A stretch of DNA of 64,000 nt from Bugula neritina (taxonomy: Eukaryota; Animalia; Bryozoa): the NCBI GenBank assembly GCA_964035545.1, contig OZ037767.1:30706628-30770627 (forward strand). Direction: 5' to 3'. The position numbers were made by a program, and so were the translations under genes. The notes beneath the pieces were generated by a model. The model was not told the DNA's origin. It made no database searches and worked only from the letters and a program-made list of their open reading frames with translations. Positions 34,754-49,565 of the stretch are shown here, piece by piece. How positions within the stretch are numbered: position 1 is the stretch's first letter; each line of letters begins with the position of its first letter.

Positions 34754-37700
34754 TATTGTTACTGGATGTCTACGGCTTCTCCAATAAGTACGTTACTGAG
34801 TCTGACATTGGACTGTGAATCTACTAAGGCTGGATTAGGGAGCTAGAACTTGTTTTGGTCAACTCTGTCTGTCTGTCTGTCTGTTTATAGACCTTTTTAT
34901 ATTATTGTCTGGACAATATTTACTTTCAGTTCTTGTCTATAGAGAATCATAACAACTTTTTGCTCGTTTCTTTCTTAATAAAGTGACTGTGCATATTCAC
35001 TTATACAGCATGACTAACTAGTTGTATGTCTAACATCTCAGTACACTCAATAATAACTTCTGTGTTACTAGTCTGTTTCTTAGCAATTATCTCCCCTTTT
35101 GTTTTCCAGCATTCCTTTATCCATCTTCATGGAGAAATGGAATTGAAAATTCCTTTTTTCTGTATTATGGAAAGTGCATAGCTTTCCATGCAACAATCGT
35201 GTGTTTATGAAAATAGAGTAGCATCAGGAGTGCTAGTAGGCAGCACGTCCTCTAGAATTTAGTCAGCATTGCCAAGTTACCAGAACAACTGCTGCTACTT
35301 GTCAAAGCTGTTCTGTCTCGAAATGCCTTTAAAAGCAATTCGTATCACATTAATGAGTTATAGATTTTTTTAATTGAAATATGAATTTTTTTTCATATTT
35401 GTGATAAAATCACATTTGAAGTTAGAATTACCAAGGGAATAGCTATAATACTACGTCTGTCATCTACAATGTAGAGTTGATTAGGTTAACACAAACATGA
35501 TATTACCTGTTCACAATACTCAATAGTTACCGAGACACATGATTAGGTATAAGCAAATTGGTAGAGTGGCTCTACAACAGGAAATAAAAGAATTTATGTA
35601 TGAATCTAGATTTGTTCAATATAGATCAATACAAGTGAATGACATAATTGCTATATTTATATTTTATTCTCTCAGTTTCCACATTGGCCGGTGCTTTTAG
35701 TGCCAATTTTTGTTCCAAAAATTTCTTTCTAGCATTGATATATGAGTTCCAATTTCTGTTGAGACTTGAGGGTATATTACACTGACTTGAGAATATAGCA
35801 TGTTAAATGACTCATTCCTTTAAAAATGCACATTTCTCAATCCTTGTTGACTTGACAGCCAAGTCCAACTACGCAGTTGATAACTATACACTAGAGCCGG
35901 TTATTTCACTTGTAAGTTTGAAACTCACTTTAACATTGATATAATTTTTTATTATGTCTTATGCAGCACACAATTTTCTAAACTAACATAATGGCTGTAA
36001 TTCTATAGGTTTGGATAATGTGAGGAAAATTAAAAATTAATTTTAAGCTAATTAATTGCAGATTACAAATGCAAAGTGTTTAACTTGTAAATTTGTTCAA
36101 TTTATTCGCTATTGATGTACAGTTTGATGTTTCCCGTTAGAAGAGTAACTTTTGTGGTTTCCATGCGCCTGGGGGATTACGTAGCTGATTAATTAATAAT
36201 GTTATTGTGTTTCTCTATTGATTACCTGAAGTGTGCATGGATTAGGAATATTAAATGAACTGACTACTTCATTGATAGGCTTCATCATACACCACATCTT
36301 GTATACCGCATTGTATTTCACAATAAAACTCTCTCCTTTTTCATCCATCATGAAACCCATACTGTTTACTCTGTTATAGATTTTGGCCTTTCTCAATATT
36401 ATAAGTATGTCTCCTTATTTCAATATTTGAACCTATAATAGCTTACCATTTGTATAATTTTTCAACTTCATTCATCTAAGATATCTTAAGGATTGCATCA
36501 TCATATTATTATCTAAGATTGTCTCTTGAAAAATCAATATCCCTGTATACATGATGGCTATTACATACCAAATGCACATCTCCATACAAATCTGTTTTAT
36601 GTTTTCCAAGTAATATATACTGACTAATGAACTACAACTTCAGGTGGCTCATTCTACATAACTGCTGGTAGGTTATATGCGTTCAAAAAGGTAATCATAA
36701 GCCCATATATTATGAAGAGGTTACACAGACTGTAACGCACTGCTAGAATACTAAAAATATCCCAAACATTAGAACCATCTATATTATATAAAAACAAATG
36801 GCGGCCATCTATCTTGCATGAAATACTTTTGTATGGATTCGTTCAGGTGCCATAGATATAATCAAGCACACAGCCTTCAAGAACAGCTAGCTTGAAGTTT
36901 TGCTGTCGAAGTGACATACATATAACATGGCAGCAGTCTAAACATGGCATCACAACTATACAATAACTTTACAAGTGACACAAATGAGTTTCAGTATTTG
37001 AATTACTCAAAAATGCTTATAATAACAACTTCATTACTTCAGAGCAAATCTTTTAAATGCAAAGCTTAGAGTAAACATAATCAGTATACAAAGAATTTAT
37101 ACGCTTGTGTATTTGTTATATAACAAACCAATCACTTGAAAAATCTTCAAGTATATTGAATAACTGCCATTATTGTCCGCTTATTTACATTCACAAGTAC
37201 TTTGAACTTAGCAGGTGACGCCTCAATTTCAACTGGCGCTTTTTGTACATTTTCAGAGTTTCAACGATTGAAATTGAAAGAGTGGGTACAGGTTTATTGT
37301 CTGTTTCACTGAAATGAGTGGCACACTGAAACGTTGAACCCAAAGTACAGTAAAGTAAATACTCCATTTCAATTCAGTGTCAATAAACATTCAAGATATT
37401 TCTCACATTATATCAAATTTCAATTACATTTACATATTCTAAGTATTGTAAGGGTTGCACGGTTAAAAGTATCAAACTTCAATGGGTAGTGCTGTGAGCA
37501 ATTAATTTTAACCAATTAATTTATTAAACTAAACTTTATTCTTGATATTGACAGAATGTCCTGCTTAATTGTATAAATTGGAGGCTATCATGGAAAATAC
37601 ACAGAAAAAAAATGTTCATGATTTTGTAGATTACATAATGTTACACAATATATTCCAACTGTTCATTTCCATAGCTAACCTACAAGAGCAAAAATTATTG

Positions 37701-38944
37701 CACTAGTGTTAATAATATATAATAATATTAATATATATTGTTCTTTTATTTAACAAAATTATAATGGTATTGCACTTGCATACATAATTGCTATCCACGT
37801 CATTATTAATTGTATTTTTTTTACTTTATGTTCTTGTTTTAACCCCAAAAACCCCAAACCCCATAATCTAAACTTTATTTTACAAAATACACCTAAGTAG
37901 GTATTTTTTTACTGATCTGCAAGTATACATAATACATAATTTCTTTGCTTTAGTTTGACAGCCAGTAAGAAACTGTCGATGTAATAAAAGCTAGGACATT
38001 ATTTTTATCATTTGGTATTTTATTGTAAACATCATAATAAGAATAGGAACTGCTCATTTTACAGGATTAGAGTTTTTTTTAATCTGAAATGGTTTAGACT
38101 TTTATAAGCTGTCCCGTTCTAAAAATATATTAAAAGTATTTATTGGATAAACTGTCATAAAGTACTATTCATGCAGTGGAATCATTTTATATGTTATTTA
38201 GTATAACTGTGTATTACTATAGTAAACCTATGTGTTTTTATATGTATTTTTATATCCTGGAGTTGTATTACTATATTATTATATCTGTATCATATAATGG
38301 AGCTGTGTAAAGCAAGTACTAATTAGTGTAAGAGTGTTGCGCTGCTTTGTCACCGGCAGCAGTTATTGCTGCCAAGTAACTTGAAGCCTCTAGGTTTTAC
38401 ATCTTGCTGCTATTGATTGCACGCAGGCAAAGTAAACAGCGGAATTTATTTAATCTTGAATTATTCATTATGTAGCATATTTGAGCAGTATTAACTGCTT
38501 CAACTTATATAACTGTAAGCCATTGATATTTCATTACTAGCCTCCACAAATGAACAGGCGTTTACAGTTTCTCCTCCAAAATTTAAAAAAAAGCAACTTA
38601 ATTCTACTTTTCTATTACATTTTTTGCTGCTGCTGCCCAAATATTTTTCTTTGTTGAGTTTTCAACCAACCAATGTTATTAGCCAATCACATGTCTCATA
38701 GCTAGCATCTCATCCAATCAGATTCAATCAAGCACTTCGTTTATATTATTCGCACAATAGAGTCATTCACTGTTAGCTCTCCAAAGCCGAGTTCATCAAA
38801 CAACTGTACACTGGTGGTTGTTATACATTGTTGCTTACACACTGTTGATTATACAGAGCTCGAAGGTTTATAAAATAGACTGTTAGGAAATATAGAACGC
38901 ACAGCATCGACATTGCATTGTGATAATTCTATAAATGCATCATT

Positions 38945-41900
38945 ATGGAAGGTTTTCAAAGTCTACTTTACTTGTTTGTCATATACTCAGGTAATGTTAT
39001 TATTTTATTGTTCTAGACATATCGATATTTAATAATGTAGCTACGAATAGTTATTTTATTTTGGTTTACTATCTATATTATAATTGTCACTTACAACTAA
39101 TTTATATTATAATCATAATGATAATGCAGTTTGGTGAATTCAGAAGAATTTTAGGATAAAATATCCACTTAACTATTCTTATATAATACTTTATCAATAC
39201 TTTTAAATACTAATAGCTACACAGCCTACACTTGCAGTAGTCAGTAGTGTACTGGTAACACTTGCACATAGCTACTAGTTTATTAGTAAATGTTCTGTAA
39301 TAGCGTTGTAAGTAGTAGTGTCTATTTTATTTCCAAAACAATTTATAATATAACGAATAATTGAGTATTAATTTTACAGTACATCTTTGGAAACTCTGTA
39401 AACATGCTAGTTCTATGAGAAATTAATATAACCTTTTAACCTGGTAGAATACAAACATCCTAGACTGTACCGTAGGTAGAACTAGGCACGGCCTAAGACT
39501 TTCAACCAAGTAGCCTCCAGTCCTTCGTGTCAGGAGAAGGTTGGGGGGATGGGAGGCGCCACTGTGACTGCTCTCTCTAAAAATATTTTGCAAAATCTGC
39601 TGGTACCAACAAGTGAACAGATATATAATATAATATTTACTATACAGTCATACTTATGTGTGGAAATCTTTATAAGTTAACTGTTAAGTGCATTGACTGA
39701 AAACATAGCCTTTTGAATTACTCAGCCATTTTAATTTCTCTGCTTAGGCAGTAGATTGGCTACAGAAACAGTTAGAAAAACAAAAAGCTATGAATTCTAC
39801 TTATTTTTATTCCAAAATTTGCAATTAACAGTGTTGTACACATATACTGTATGCATTTTATCATATAAGCAGCAATAATGATTTGCAGTTATCACGTTGT
39901 ATCATAAAAAGTTGTTGCTATAAAAAGTGTAATCCCTGCTGTTCACTGGGAGTTAATTGATTGGAGCTGCCGGTTTTAACCTTTTTAAGTTAGCAAATGT
40001 TGAACTGTAACAGCCAGTGTTGCTTGATCTAGTCTGAAACCTTGTGGTTTAGTGTTAACCATTTGTTACGAGTTAATTGCTTGCATGCAGGTGATGTATA
40101 TATATAGACACTTATAATATATAGAATAATTTGCAAGTGCAGCCAAGCAACATTTATCAAGTTTTAATCACACCAATTCCCATGCGTATATTCCTGTTAA
40201 TTCATTTCCTAGAAGTCTATTCTCTCCAATGTAACTCAACTAGTCAAAAGAGCTAGAAAATCATATCTGAGCTAAGAGCTTTTCACAAATTATTTCTCTA
40301 CGGGCTTGAGTTGGTATTGAGTTTTGATGTCTTTCATACGCTGCTTCAGAATTTTGCAACAATACCTGCTGAAAGATGATATCAAAACAAAGATAAACAA
40401 TCCTTGTTTACTTGGCAGCCAAGTTGTTTGCTGGACCCCCACACCTTGCTGACTGTTTTGTATGAAAAGTGTTTTTAACCACAATCCATCATATCTATTT
40501 CTGCAGCTCTGTTTGTAAACACATGCCTGGGCTTTGTGTTGCAAGACTAAAAAGGTGAGGGAGGGACAGAGCTCTCCCAAAAGACATGTAGGTAGTTCTC
40601 GGGAGTCTTGTCTATGCAGTGAATTCTACTTTCACAGTAACTAACAACCTGAAGGCAAAACAGAATAATTGATTATTAAATACACAATCCATAGAAGTCG
40701 CATGTTTATATTGAAAATACAGGCTATAATAAAGAATTCAGTGTCTTGCTCTCTCTTAGGTAATGTTAGAACACTGCCTCTTTCATCTTTTGTTAATGTT
40801 TAACATTTTCCTTTGTTTCTGCTCAATGAAAATCTTCTATATTAGCTGTTGGAGCTTTATTAAAATGATTGAAGTGTACTCCTGTGTTATAATCTATCCT
40901 TCAGCCCACAATTCTTCATAATCAGTCTTCTAGTACCAAACTATTTCAAATATTCCTATAAATTAGGTAAATACAATAATAGACAATAGTCAAGAAATTT
41001 TCCCATTCAGTAAAATTGCTTATAGTTGTTCGTATACTCAATATCACCTGACTGGAAAACATTACATCCTTCTGCAGAGTTCAAGGATGTTTATAGGTTA
41101 CTGAGTGAGTGTTCTTATCACGACAATAACATCTGGCAGCTTGTTCTTCACTCTTTAGATGTTTTCTGGAAAGTTCCGCAGTTTAGCAGTTTTATATTGC
41201 TTCTACACAATACACCACAACTCTCAGTCTGTATGAACAATATCATACTGCTTGGTCAAGGGGCATTTGCAAAAAATGCTTTTACTCTTTGCTCTTCAAA
41301 TCCACGTTGAGATCTGATCAGGTGTTGATAGCTGTGCTGATGTTAAGTGTCATTAGAGGGAAGGCATGCAGTGTTATAGCAGAGTTACAGATGGATTGTT
41401 GTGACATGAGTTAATATAGAATAGTGTCTCCTAGCACTGGAGTATGATAAAGGTTGGCGCATCCAACTACCCCCAAACTTCCTGTCACTGACTGACGACA
41501 TTGTCAAACAACTAAGTTCAGCTGCTATATTTTGAGGTGATGCCTTTGGCGAACAAAAAAGGGGGTTAGTCATGAAAGCTGGATATTGCAATCATTTGTT
41601 TTGGTTTGTGCAAGCTATTATCAACCACTTTGGGCTTCTCAAGTTTTGTGGTTAATTAAAGAACTGCATGTTTTGATGTTTTGCAATAGTTGTTGTTCTT
41701 GAGCATTTTTAAACAAAGTTCTAATTTTATTTTTGCTCTCAGCAACTTGTTGGGACGAGACAAAGCTGTGCTCTGGCTGATTGAACATTTGTCAGCACGA
41801 AAAGCTGCCTGTATAATGCTGAGAATTAATTTGTGTTACATGTGTAGAGTATCATTAAGCAGGGTTGATTACTGGTATTACATGCCACATAATCAATATC

Positions 41901-44900
41901 ACAACTCTAACTTCAGCGGCGCACACAGTCACTAGTCTTACATACATTTGTATAACGCGTAACACTAACATAACACATAATGTTTACCCACTTTGCAAAC
42001 CCCAGCCTATCGTTTGGCTGCCCTTTTTTTGCATATTTTCTCTGATAATAAAGCCATATAGCATAACTTTTAAATTAGTTTCATTTTGCTGTAAATGCTG
42101 TTAATAGCCACGGCATCAGTAGTGGTAACAGCATTAGCAGCTATTTACAGAATGTTACCTGTGATAATGCTGACCCTTTCGCAGGTAATATTTTCCAGTT
42201 CCTGCTACAGCGCACACACTGTTCTGTAACAATAACATCATTATATGCCTCGATTTGGCTCCAACTTACCCCTACCTTATCTAATTATCACGGCATTAAA
42301 CTGACATTTTGCTGCTTGCATTACATAATGATTTGAGCTATTCAAGGTTGCCTTTCTACTCTCCCATCCGGAGAGCAAATGGTATCCAAGTATCATTCTT
42401 TTCTGCATTCTTGTTTATTTGAGAAAAACATTCCCAGGTGTCAGTCTTACAAGAAGAGGTCTGGGGTTTTGCAGGAAAATGTTTATTCATCAATGCACTC
42501 ATATAAAAGACTGTTTAATTTGTCATTGTGCAGTGTGTTCAAAGAGAAAAATTTGCTGCAGTAAAATTGGCCTTCTTGACAATTTTGATATATTTTAGTG
42601 GTTAGTGGAAGGTGCCCTGATAGCTCCAGGGGACAGACAAAGAAGTACGGTGGTACGTGTCTAGAATTTATTAAAGACGAGGTTAGCCAACCAGAAGCTG
42701 TATCCTATTGTACACAACATGGAGGACATCTGGTGACTGTGGAGAACCGAGAGAAACAGGTTTGATGTTCCCCATTACATGTCTTTCTTATGCCTACTTA
42801 GCTGTGGGGGCTTCTACCCCCCCCCCATTGCGAACCTTTCTTGTGAGAAGGATTCTCTCTCCTTACCTCTTACCAACTAGGCTATAGAAAATACCAGCAT
42901 ATTATTCGGTGAAGTGTAAATGACTGAAGAAAGAAAGATGGATGGTGTATATTTAGCTAATAGATTGTTATAGTTGGCTAGGTCAGCTTTAAGGAATCTT
43001 ATCACGGCATGTGTCATAGATAGTATCTACCACCAGTTACCTAGTGTTTTTCTTACTAGCTAAAGTAGATTATCTCAGTACCTGTTTGGTAGTCATCCTT
43101 GGTGTTACCAGGCATGGCTAGAAACTATGCTGAAAGAGGAGTTGATGTGGGTGGATTCCGACAGCGGTGTCAACGCATGGCTGGGCGTGGTTAGAGATGA
43201 TGAGTCATATCCCAGCTGGTATTCAGAAGATGGAGGCGACCATTCTACTGGAGGTGAGATATTCACTTTTGCTTTTACAAGTGACTTTGCATTACAATTA
43301 CAGTGAATGTTCATTCAAGTGGGATTCAACAAGTCAAATTTTAAGCTATAATGCGAGTGAGAGATAGAATGACCATTCCAGTGTCTAGAGATTTCTATGG
43401 CTTTAATGTGATTCATAGAAAGGAATTCCAGGAGGCATATTTCAGGGTACTAATTTAACCTCTATGCACATGACTATAATACAACTGATGAGAAAAAACA
43501 ATAGAATTCTATATTATATTATATTATATTATACTATATTATATTATATTATACTATATTATATTATATTATATTATTGATAAGTGCTCCTAGCTATTCC
43601 AACAGCATCCTAACATCATTTGGTTAGAAAGAAAAAGTTGCAATATAATTCAAGTTCATCAGGAACAGGAAAGATGCACCCTAGAGGTTGAGGAAAACAA
43701 TGTTTGTGCTGATGGATGTCTATTTGACATTTTCGTGCTATTTTAAGATACACGTATTGCTTCAGCAAACAAATACCTCTCCCTGAGAGAAAAAAGTGGC
43801 ATAAAGAATAATATGACAGTTGCGAGTTCGCAATGGTGATCATAACTTATGATCAATGCTTCTACTGTATTTGATGAGGGTAGCCTAGGGACATGGCTCA
43901 TTCCAATATTTGTAGGTTGAGATAGAATTAGGCTATGAAAAAACCTGTGGTTATTTTTCTTGCTTATAGTTGGATAGAAATGTATGATTTCTAACTACCA
44001 GAATATAGAAAGCCCTTAGAGCTAACATACTATGCTGTTAATAATGCCTTCGAGTGTTGGGTGTTTTCAATTATTTCCAAGCCCATATGCAATAGTTGTT
44101 TATGCTGTAGCTTCAGAATCCTATGGAAGCATGCTAAAGGCAGGCAGTGTCTAGTAGTTAGATATTTTGTAGTTGATTCTTCTTGTGTCTATTTAATTAG
44201 ATATGATATTGATTAAGATTATCATAGTGCAAGCCATCTTGGCATCATGTTATGCTCTCCTTATTTCATTACGTACTATTGCAGGGTAATAATTTTACTC
44301 TACAGTCTGATAATTATTTGCTGACCAATACTTTTTAATTTGCATGTGTTTGTGTGCCGAAGCAGCAATTATCTTCGATATTAATGTCAACCACCTCACA
44401 GATACTCAAGTCTCCGAAAATGCATTTAATTATATTTTAATTGAATTTCTTTAGACTAACTGGGCATAATTTATTACTGCAATGTGCTTGAGTTAACTCA
44501 GCAACACATTCAACACAACTTTGAGATTGTATTTTCAACACTGCTTAATCAAATAATAGAACTAATTTAAATTCTTGTTTCTACTATTTATTTGTCCAAT
44601 CAGGACATTAGCTGTATTGAATTAATTGTTAGCTAATTTCGCAATACATTCTAGCCAATGTTGTTTCCGTTTGTTACAATTATACTAAAAGAGGGTATTT
44701 TTCATTTTTTATAAACTACATGTAACATCTTCTGGTTTAGAAAAGAAAGAACTGAAATATACAAACTGGGACGACAACGAGCCAGAACCAAACAAGGACA
44801 GGAAGTGTGCAGTGTTTGGGTTCAGTTCGGAATTTAAATGGCGAGCCTCAATTTGTAACCAGTTCCCTTACGAGTATCACATCATCTGTCAATATGGTGA

Positions 44901-47900
44901 GTGTGGAGTTATTTCCTCAATTCAGTTCATTTCACTCCCCCCCCCCCCCCCCCATAACTTTAACTTACTGCTTACTATTTTACTCATTAGTATTTCAGTT
45001 GTTACATTCAGCTCTACTTTGCTAAATGTGGAGATATCCTCATTTATTTTCAAATGGAGTTACAATTTTATCTTTTTTCTAATCATGAAAAAATAATTTT
45101 CTGATACTAAAGTGGAGTATCACATCATCTGTCAATATGGTGAGTGTGGAGTTATTTCCTCAATTCAGTTCATTTCACTCCCCCCCCCCATAACTTTAAC
45201 TTACTGCTTACTATTTTACTCATTAGTATTTCAGTTGTTACATTCAGCTCTACTTTGCTAAATGTGGAGATATCCTCATTTATTTTCAAATGGAGTTACA
45301 ATTTTATCTTTTTTCTAATCATGAAAAAATAATTTTCTGATACTAAAGTGGAGTATAAAACAGTGCAGCATAAATCAGTAAAAACACTGAAACTAGTAAA
45401 ACAAATTTTATTTATTTTATTTACGGTGTTGAAACCATCAAGTAAACACTAATTACATGCCAAATTTAGCTCAGGTCAAATTGCCATGCACTGTAAAACT
45501 ATTGCCCAACAGCTACCTACTGACTACCACTCACACTATGTGTCCAGAAATGTGTGACTTATGTGAAGAATGGAATGTTTAGTAGATATAAGTCAAGAAA
45601 TATTTGTTTTGCGAAACCATTTCTCTCTAGTTCATATGAGCGTTGAATTTACATTTTCATTAAGGAATTTCATTTTTTATAAAATGTATAAATTTATGAC
45701 TTGGTCAATTATTTTCATCAAAATAACATCATAGCTGTAACATTTAAAAAAAAGAAAATCCTGTCTAATCATTTGACTCTAAACTGGTATAATTGTATGC
45801 AAAATATCAGCAAAAGACCTGGTGTGGTAGCAAATTTATTTTTTCCTCGTACAAAATCTCATATTAGTTAAAAACTAATGATGATTGTTGGATAAAAGAA
45901 GGGGCAGTTATGAACTAGCAACAGACAATAGATTGCCAGGAAGAAAAGTTTATTAAAAAAATTCTTAGTACTGAACTTAGTCCCAGTTGAGATGTTGAAA
46001 TTAAATAAATGCAGAAAAATTTTGTTTAATTTAAAAATTAGTCTTTGGTTTTGTGGGTTAGATATGTTATACTGTATGCTTTAGCTACTGTATCCACTTA
46101 TAGTAATGTTACACTAAAGTTGTGTCACATATACTCAGCGTATTTGTGCCCAATTATGACTTAATTAGATCTTAGTGGACTGCATGATTAGAGTTTATCA
46201 TTATAAAAATGTTTGTTATTAGCTCAAAAGGAACATCATGCTGTATGCTGTGTTTTGTCTATTCTATCTAAACCTTTCTATTTGTATTCTGAAATTGTCT
46301 AACAATGAAACAATAGATTAGTCATTTCGTACTTACTCTAAGCACCTGTATTGTATGTTTATAATATACTAATTTAATAATGTCAGGTCAACTTCTCTAC
46401 AATTATGAATCAGATATTGCTTTCTACAAGTGATTCTTCATGAATAACTTTACTATTTCCGATCATCTTTAATTTCCTATTTCCATGACGTAATGTGTGA
46501 CTCTATTTTGTCTATTTGTTTCAGATGGACCTGATGGATTCCTTGGCAAACCAGAAGGTAAGTTACAAGATTTACTTACCTCTTGTTTTTCAGCATCTCT
46601 CTTCGCTAGTTCCTTGAGTATTATCCTTGTTTTCTATCAGCTATGCACCACAGCACTTTATCTTATCTGGTTCCAGAATTACTTTTGGCATTTGAACGAG
46701 TAAAGAATTTACAGGCTACATCAAAACATAATATTTGTGTGTCATAATTTGGCAAAAACCTAGACCATATCATCTGTGCATGTACCAGCAAATACGCAAC
46801 CAACATTGTACATTATAAATATTAATAACACAGCAATTTAGGTGCAGTACATACTCTACTGTACATCTAGTGTGAACATACACATTAGTACTTGGTGCAG
46901 TGGAATACCATTAGCAGCGTTTACTGACCCATACTATGGGAAGCAGCATTTCTCAGTATGTATCCAGTCATTTAGTCAGCTGCTAGAGTCAGCTGGGGTC
47001 AAGTGACCTGGGAGAAGACTTTCTACAAAAACTAGAGCTAATTACTGCTAATAATGACGACATATTCTATAATCCCATATTCTACTAGACTAATAGCGTC
47101 TGACAGGCTGCTTTGTCAAGTGTTTCTCTGTCAGGTGCAATTAGTCACCATATTCCATGCTTAGCCATGGAATTTCCCACTAATTATGCCATAAAATATT
47201 CTTTGAGTAAAAAATATGAGAACTATTTCTTAATAACTTATAATAACAAATTTGCTGAAGTATTTAACTTTTTGGTTTTAATATAGATATAAAAACAATA
47301 CAGTGTTAATGTTATGTTATAGCATATGGTCACAATTACGTTTTTATTTGGTACTAAATATGCTGTAGTTGATAGTTATGTAACTCATAAAAGTGTAAAT
47401 TATGTCACAGAATGTGTGTTAATTTATATGTTTTGTTTTTTCTTGCAGCATACATTACAGTCATAGTGCTAAGCCTGATTCTGTTGATAGCCGGTGTAAT
47501 TGTCTTCCCCTGCTATTGCCATCGCCGCAGGTAAGTGCAATTATCAAACTACTTTCAGACTACCATCAGGCAGATACAAAAGTCTACCTGCTAAAATAAT
47601 AAAAATATCCTGCTTGAAGTTGATCAAGTTATTTGCATTTTTGTAAATATCAGCTTTATTTGGTTATTTTTTTAGGAGAGCCTTGAAAACTCAGCTACGT
47701 AAATCTAGGGAGGAAGATCTGTATGAAGATCATATTATAAACACTGACAGGAATATGAGTGCAGATTACGCAAGAGGGGACAACCCTCAGGCTCACTATG
47801 CACCCGTCACCAATATTCCCACAAATAACAACTCATACCACAACTTCAATATACTCTCTGACCCCCTCTATCAGCATGACAAGCCACTGCATAAAGATCT

Positions 47901-48123
47901 CAGTCTACAGAGTGGTGCCTTGCTTATAGCCTCAGATTCTACTCCACCGCATATCGAGTATGGTCGGAGTGTTTCATCACCTCCAAATTTAGTTAAACCC
48001 AGTGCCCCGCCCTGCGAAGATCTAATGTCTAGTGTTGACGAAGAAGCTAGTAATGTTGATGATATGCAGCTTTTACATAAACAGCGACCCAGCAGTTGTG
48101 GCTCAAACAACCTGTCTGTGTGA
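38945..48123 (+). CDS. Type I transmembrane C-type lectin domain protein (layilin/chondrolectin-like architecture), about 355 aa
   Basis: Exons 38945-38990, 42599-42759, 43112-43253, 44741-44896, 46525-46557, 47449-47530, 47676-48123 (1068 nt, in phase). Signal peptide MEGFQSLLYLFVIYSVVSG; CTLD (C...YGGTCLEF, A..YC..HGGHLVTV, AWLG, YTNW..NEP, KCA...WRASIC...IICQ); TM YITVIVLSLILLIAGVIVF; long Tyr-containing tail. Confidence 0.88.
44872..45356 (+). repeat. 243-bp tandem duplication including the lectin exon-4 end and donor
   Basis: Copies start at 44872 and 45115 and are nearly identical except for poly-C length and a small indel; the junction hexamer GAGTAT recurs at 45351. Confidence 0.93.
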
Positions 48124-49565
48124 ATCTATAGTCAGCATGACTCCATGCTGCCCCTCGGGACTGTTTGTGATGTCATTTCCTTATTAACTTGCAGGTTCCC
48201 GTATTCCTTTATTTTTTCTATAAACCCCAGGAGCTTTATAATCTAATAAAAACTGTTGATCATTATGAAAGGAAATTATACATTCGGAGTGAATTTTTAT
48301 AGATATAAGCATCGTGTACCAGCTGACTGTAGCTATGAATTCTGTTTCTATTTGAACTTTGACCATTTTTATTTTGATTAAGTGACGTCTAAATTTCTGT
48401 ATATATTCTACTTATGGAAAGATATGTTTAGTACTGGTATAGTGTACAATAGTTAGTTGTGTTGGGCAATTTCCCTATGTAATTAGTCATATATGAATCT
48501 AGATTATTTTATCATGTTTATTTCCTTTTTATGCTCCAAGCAATGGCATTACTTATTGCAATCACTTCTCTGTATAATCCTGTGCAGTTTTATGTTTTTA
48601 TCAATATTATTGTTTATAAAATTAATATACTTATTTACTATTAGTTACTGCTCATTGATAGCCATTATTTATAAGTTATCTCGACATTGAATACAAAGCC
48701 ATGAACGCAATAAATAACCCGTTCTCTTGTACTTCCCTTTCACCTTGATTAGATGTAATAAACCACATGTCTAGCTGCTAGGGATTATAATACGATATGT
48801 TACTACATGTGTGTGCCTAAACCTTACAATAGCTGTAGAAACAATGAATTAATTATTACCGGAACAAACGTGCTAATGATTATACATTTGATCAGATTAA
48901 CCTGATGATTAACATGCTGATAATTATATTTACTGTGGTTTTGCTCACTTAGATGCGACAAAACCTTTAAACTAATTTCATGAAAAATAAAAATGATAGT
49001 ACAAAGCCACTTTTATATGTTGAGGGATTTATATAAACCAGCAAAATGTGTTTACTCCAATGAACTGAAACTACTAAAAGTTACAGTTCAAAGGTTTAAT
49101 CCTTCAAAAATGAATATAAGAAAGAAATAGTTATTACAATAACTATTATTATAATAATAGCCTACATATTATTTTAAACCATCGTTAAAAAATGCTTACA
49201 CCAGGACAATATTATATAAGAAGTCATCAGAAACGATAGCGGTAAGAGAAAACAAGTATAGACAACTCCAGGCATTACTAAATAATAATTTGTGTTTCAA
49301 TTTTCAAGGTATAACAACTTTTAATGTTCTCAGAAAATATTTCAAAACCTTTTGCGCATGCTTTGTTGCTTAGTTATCATTTAATGCCATACATTATTGA
49401 CGTGCAGCAGAGTGATATCTGTACGTTTTGACGTGCAGTAGTTGAGAAGATTCCCGAAAAAATTAAAATAAAACGTTTTGCTGTGACTTCTGCCTTTAAA
49501 AAGTTTAATTGAAGAATATCATCATTTGAATTTTGCCTAATCTCAAAAAGTGTAAATATTTCAAT

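Noticed and set aside
37841-37863. CCCCAAAAACCCCAAACCCC telomere-like motif
   Set aside because: Only three imperfect units, not the metazoan TTAGGG repeat; compatible with chance.
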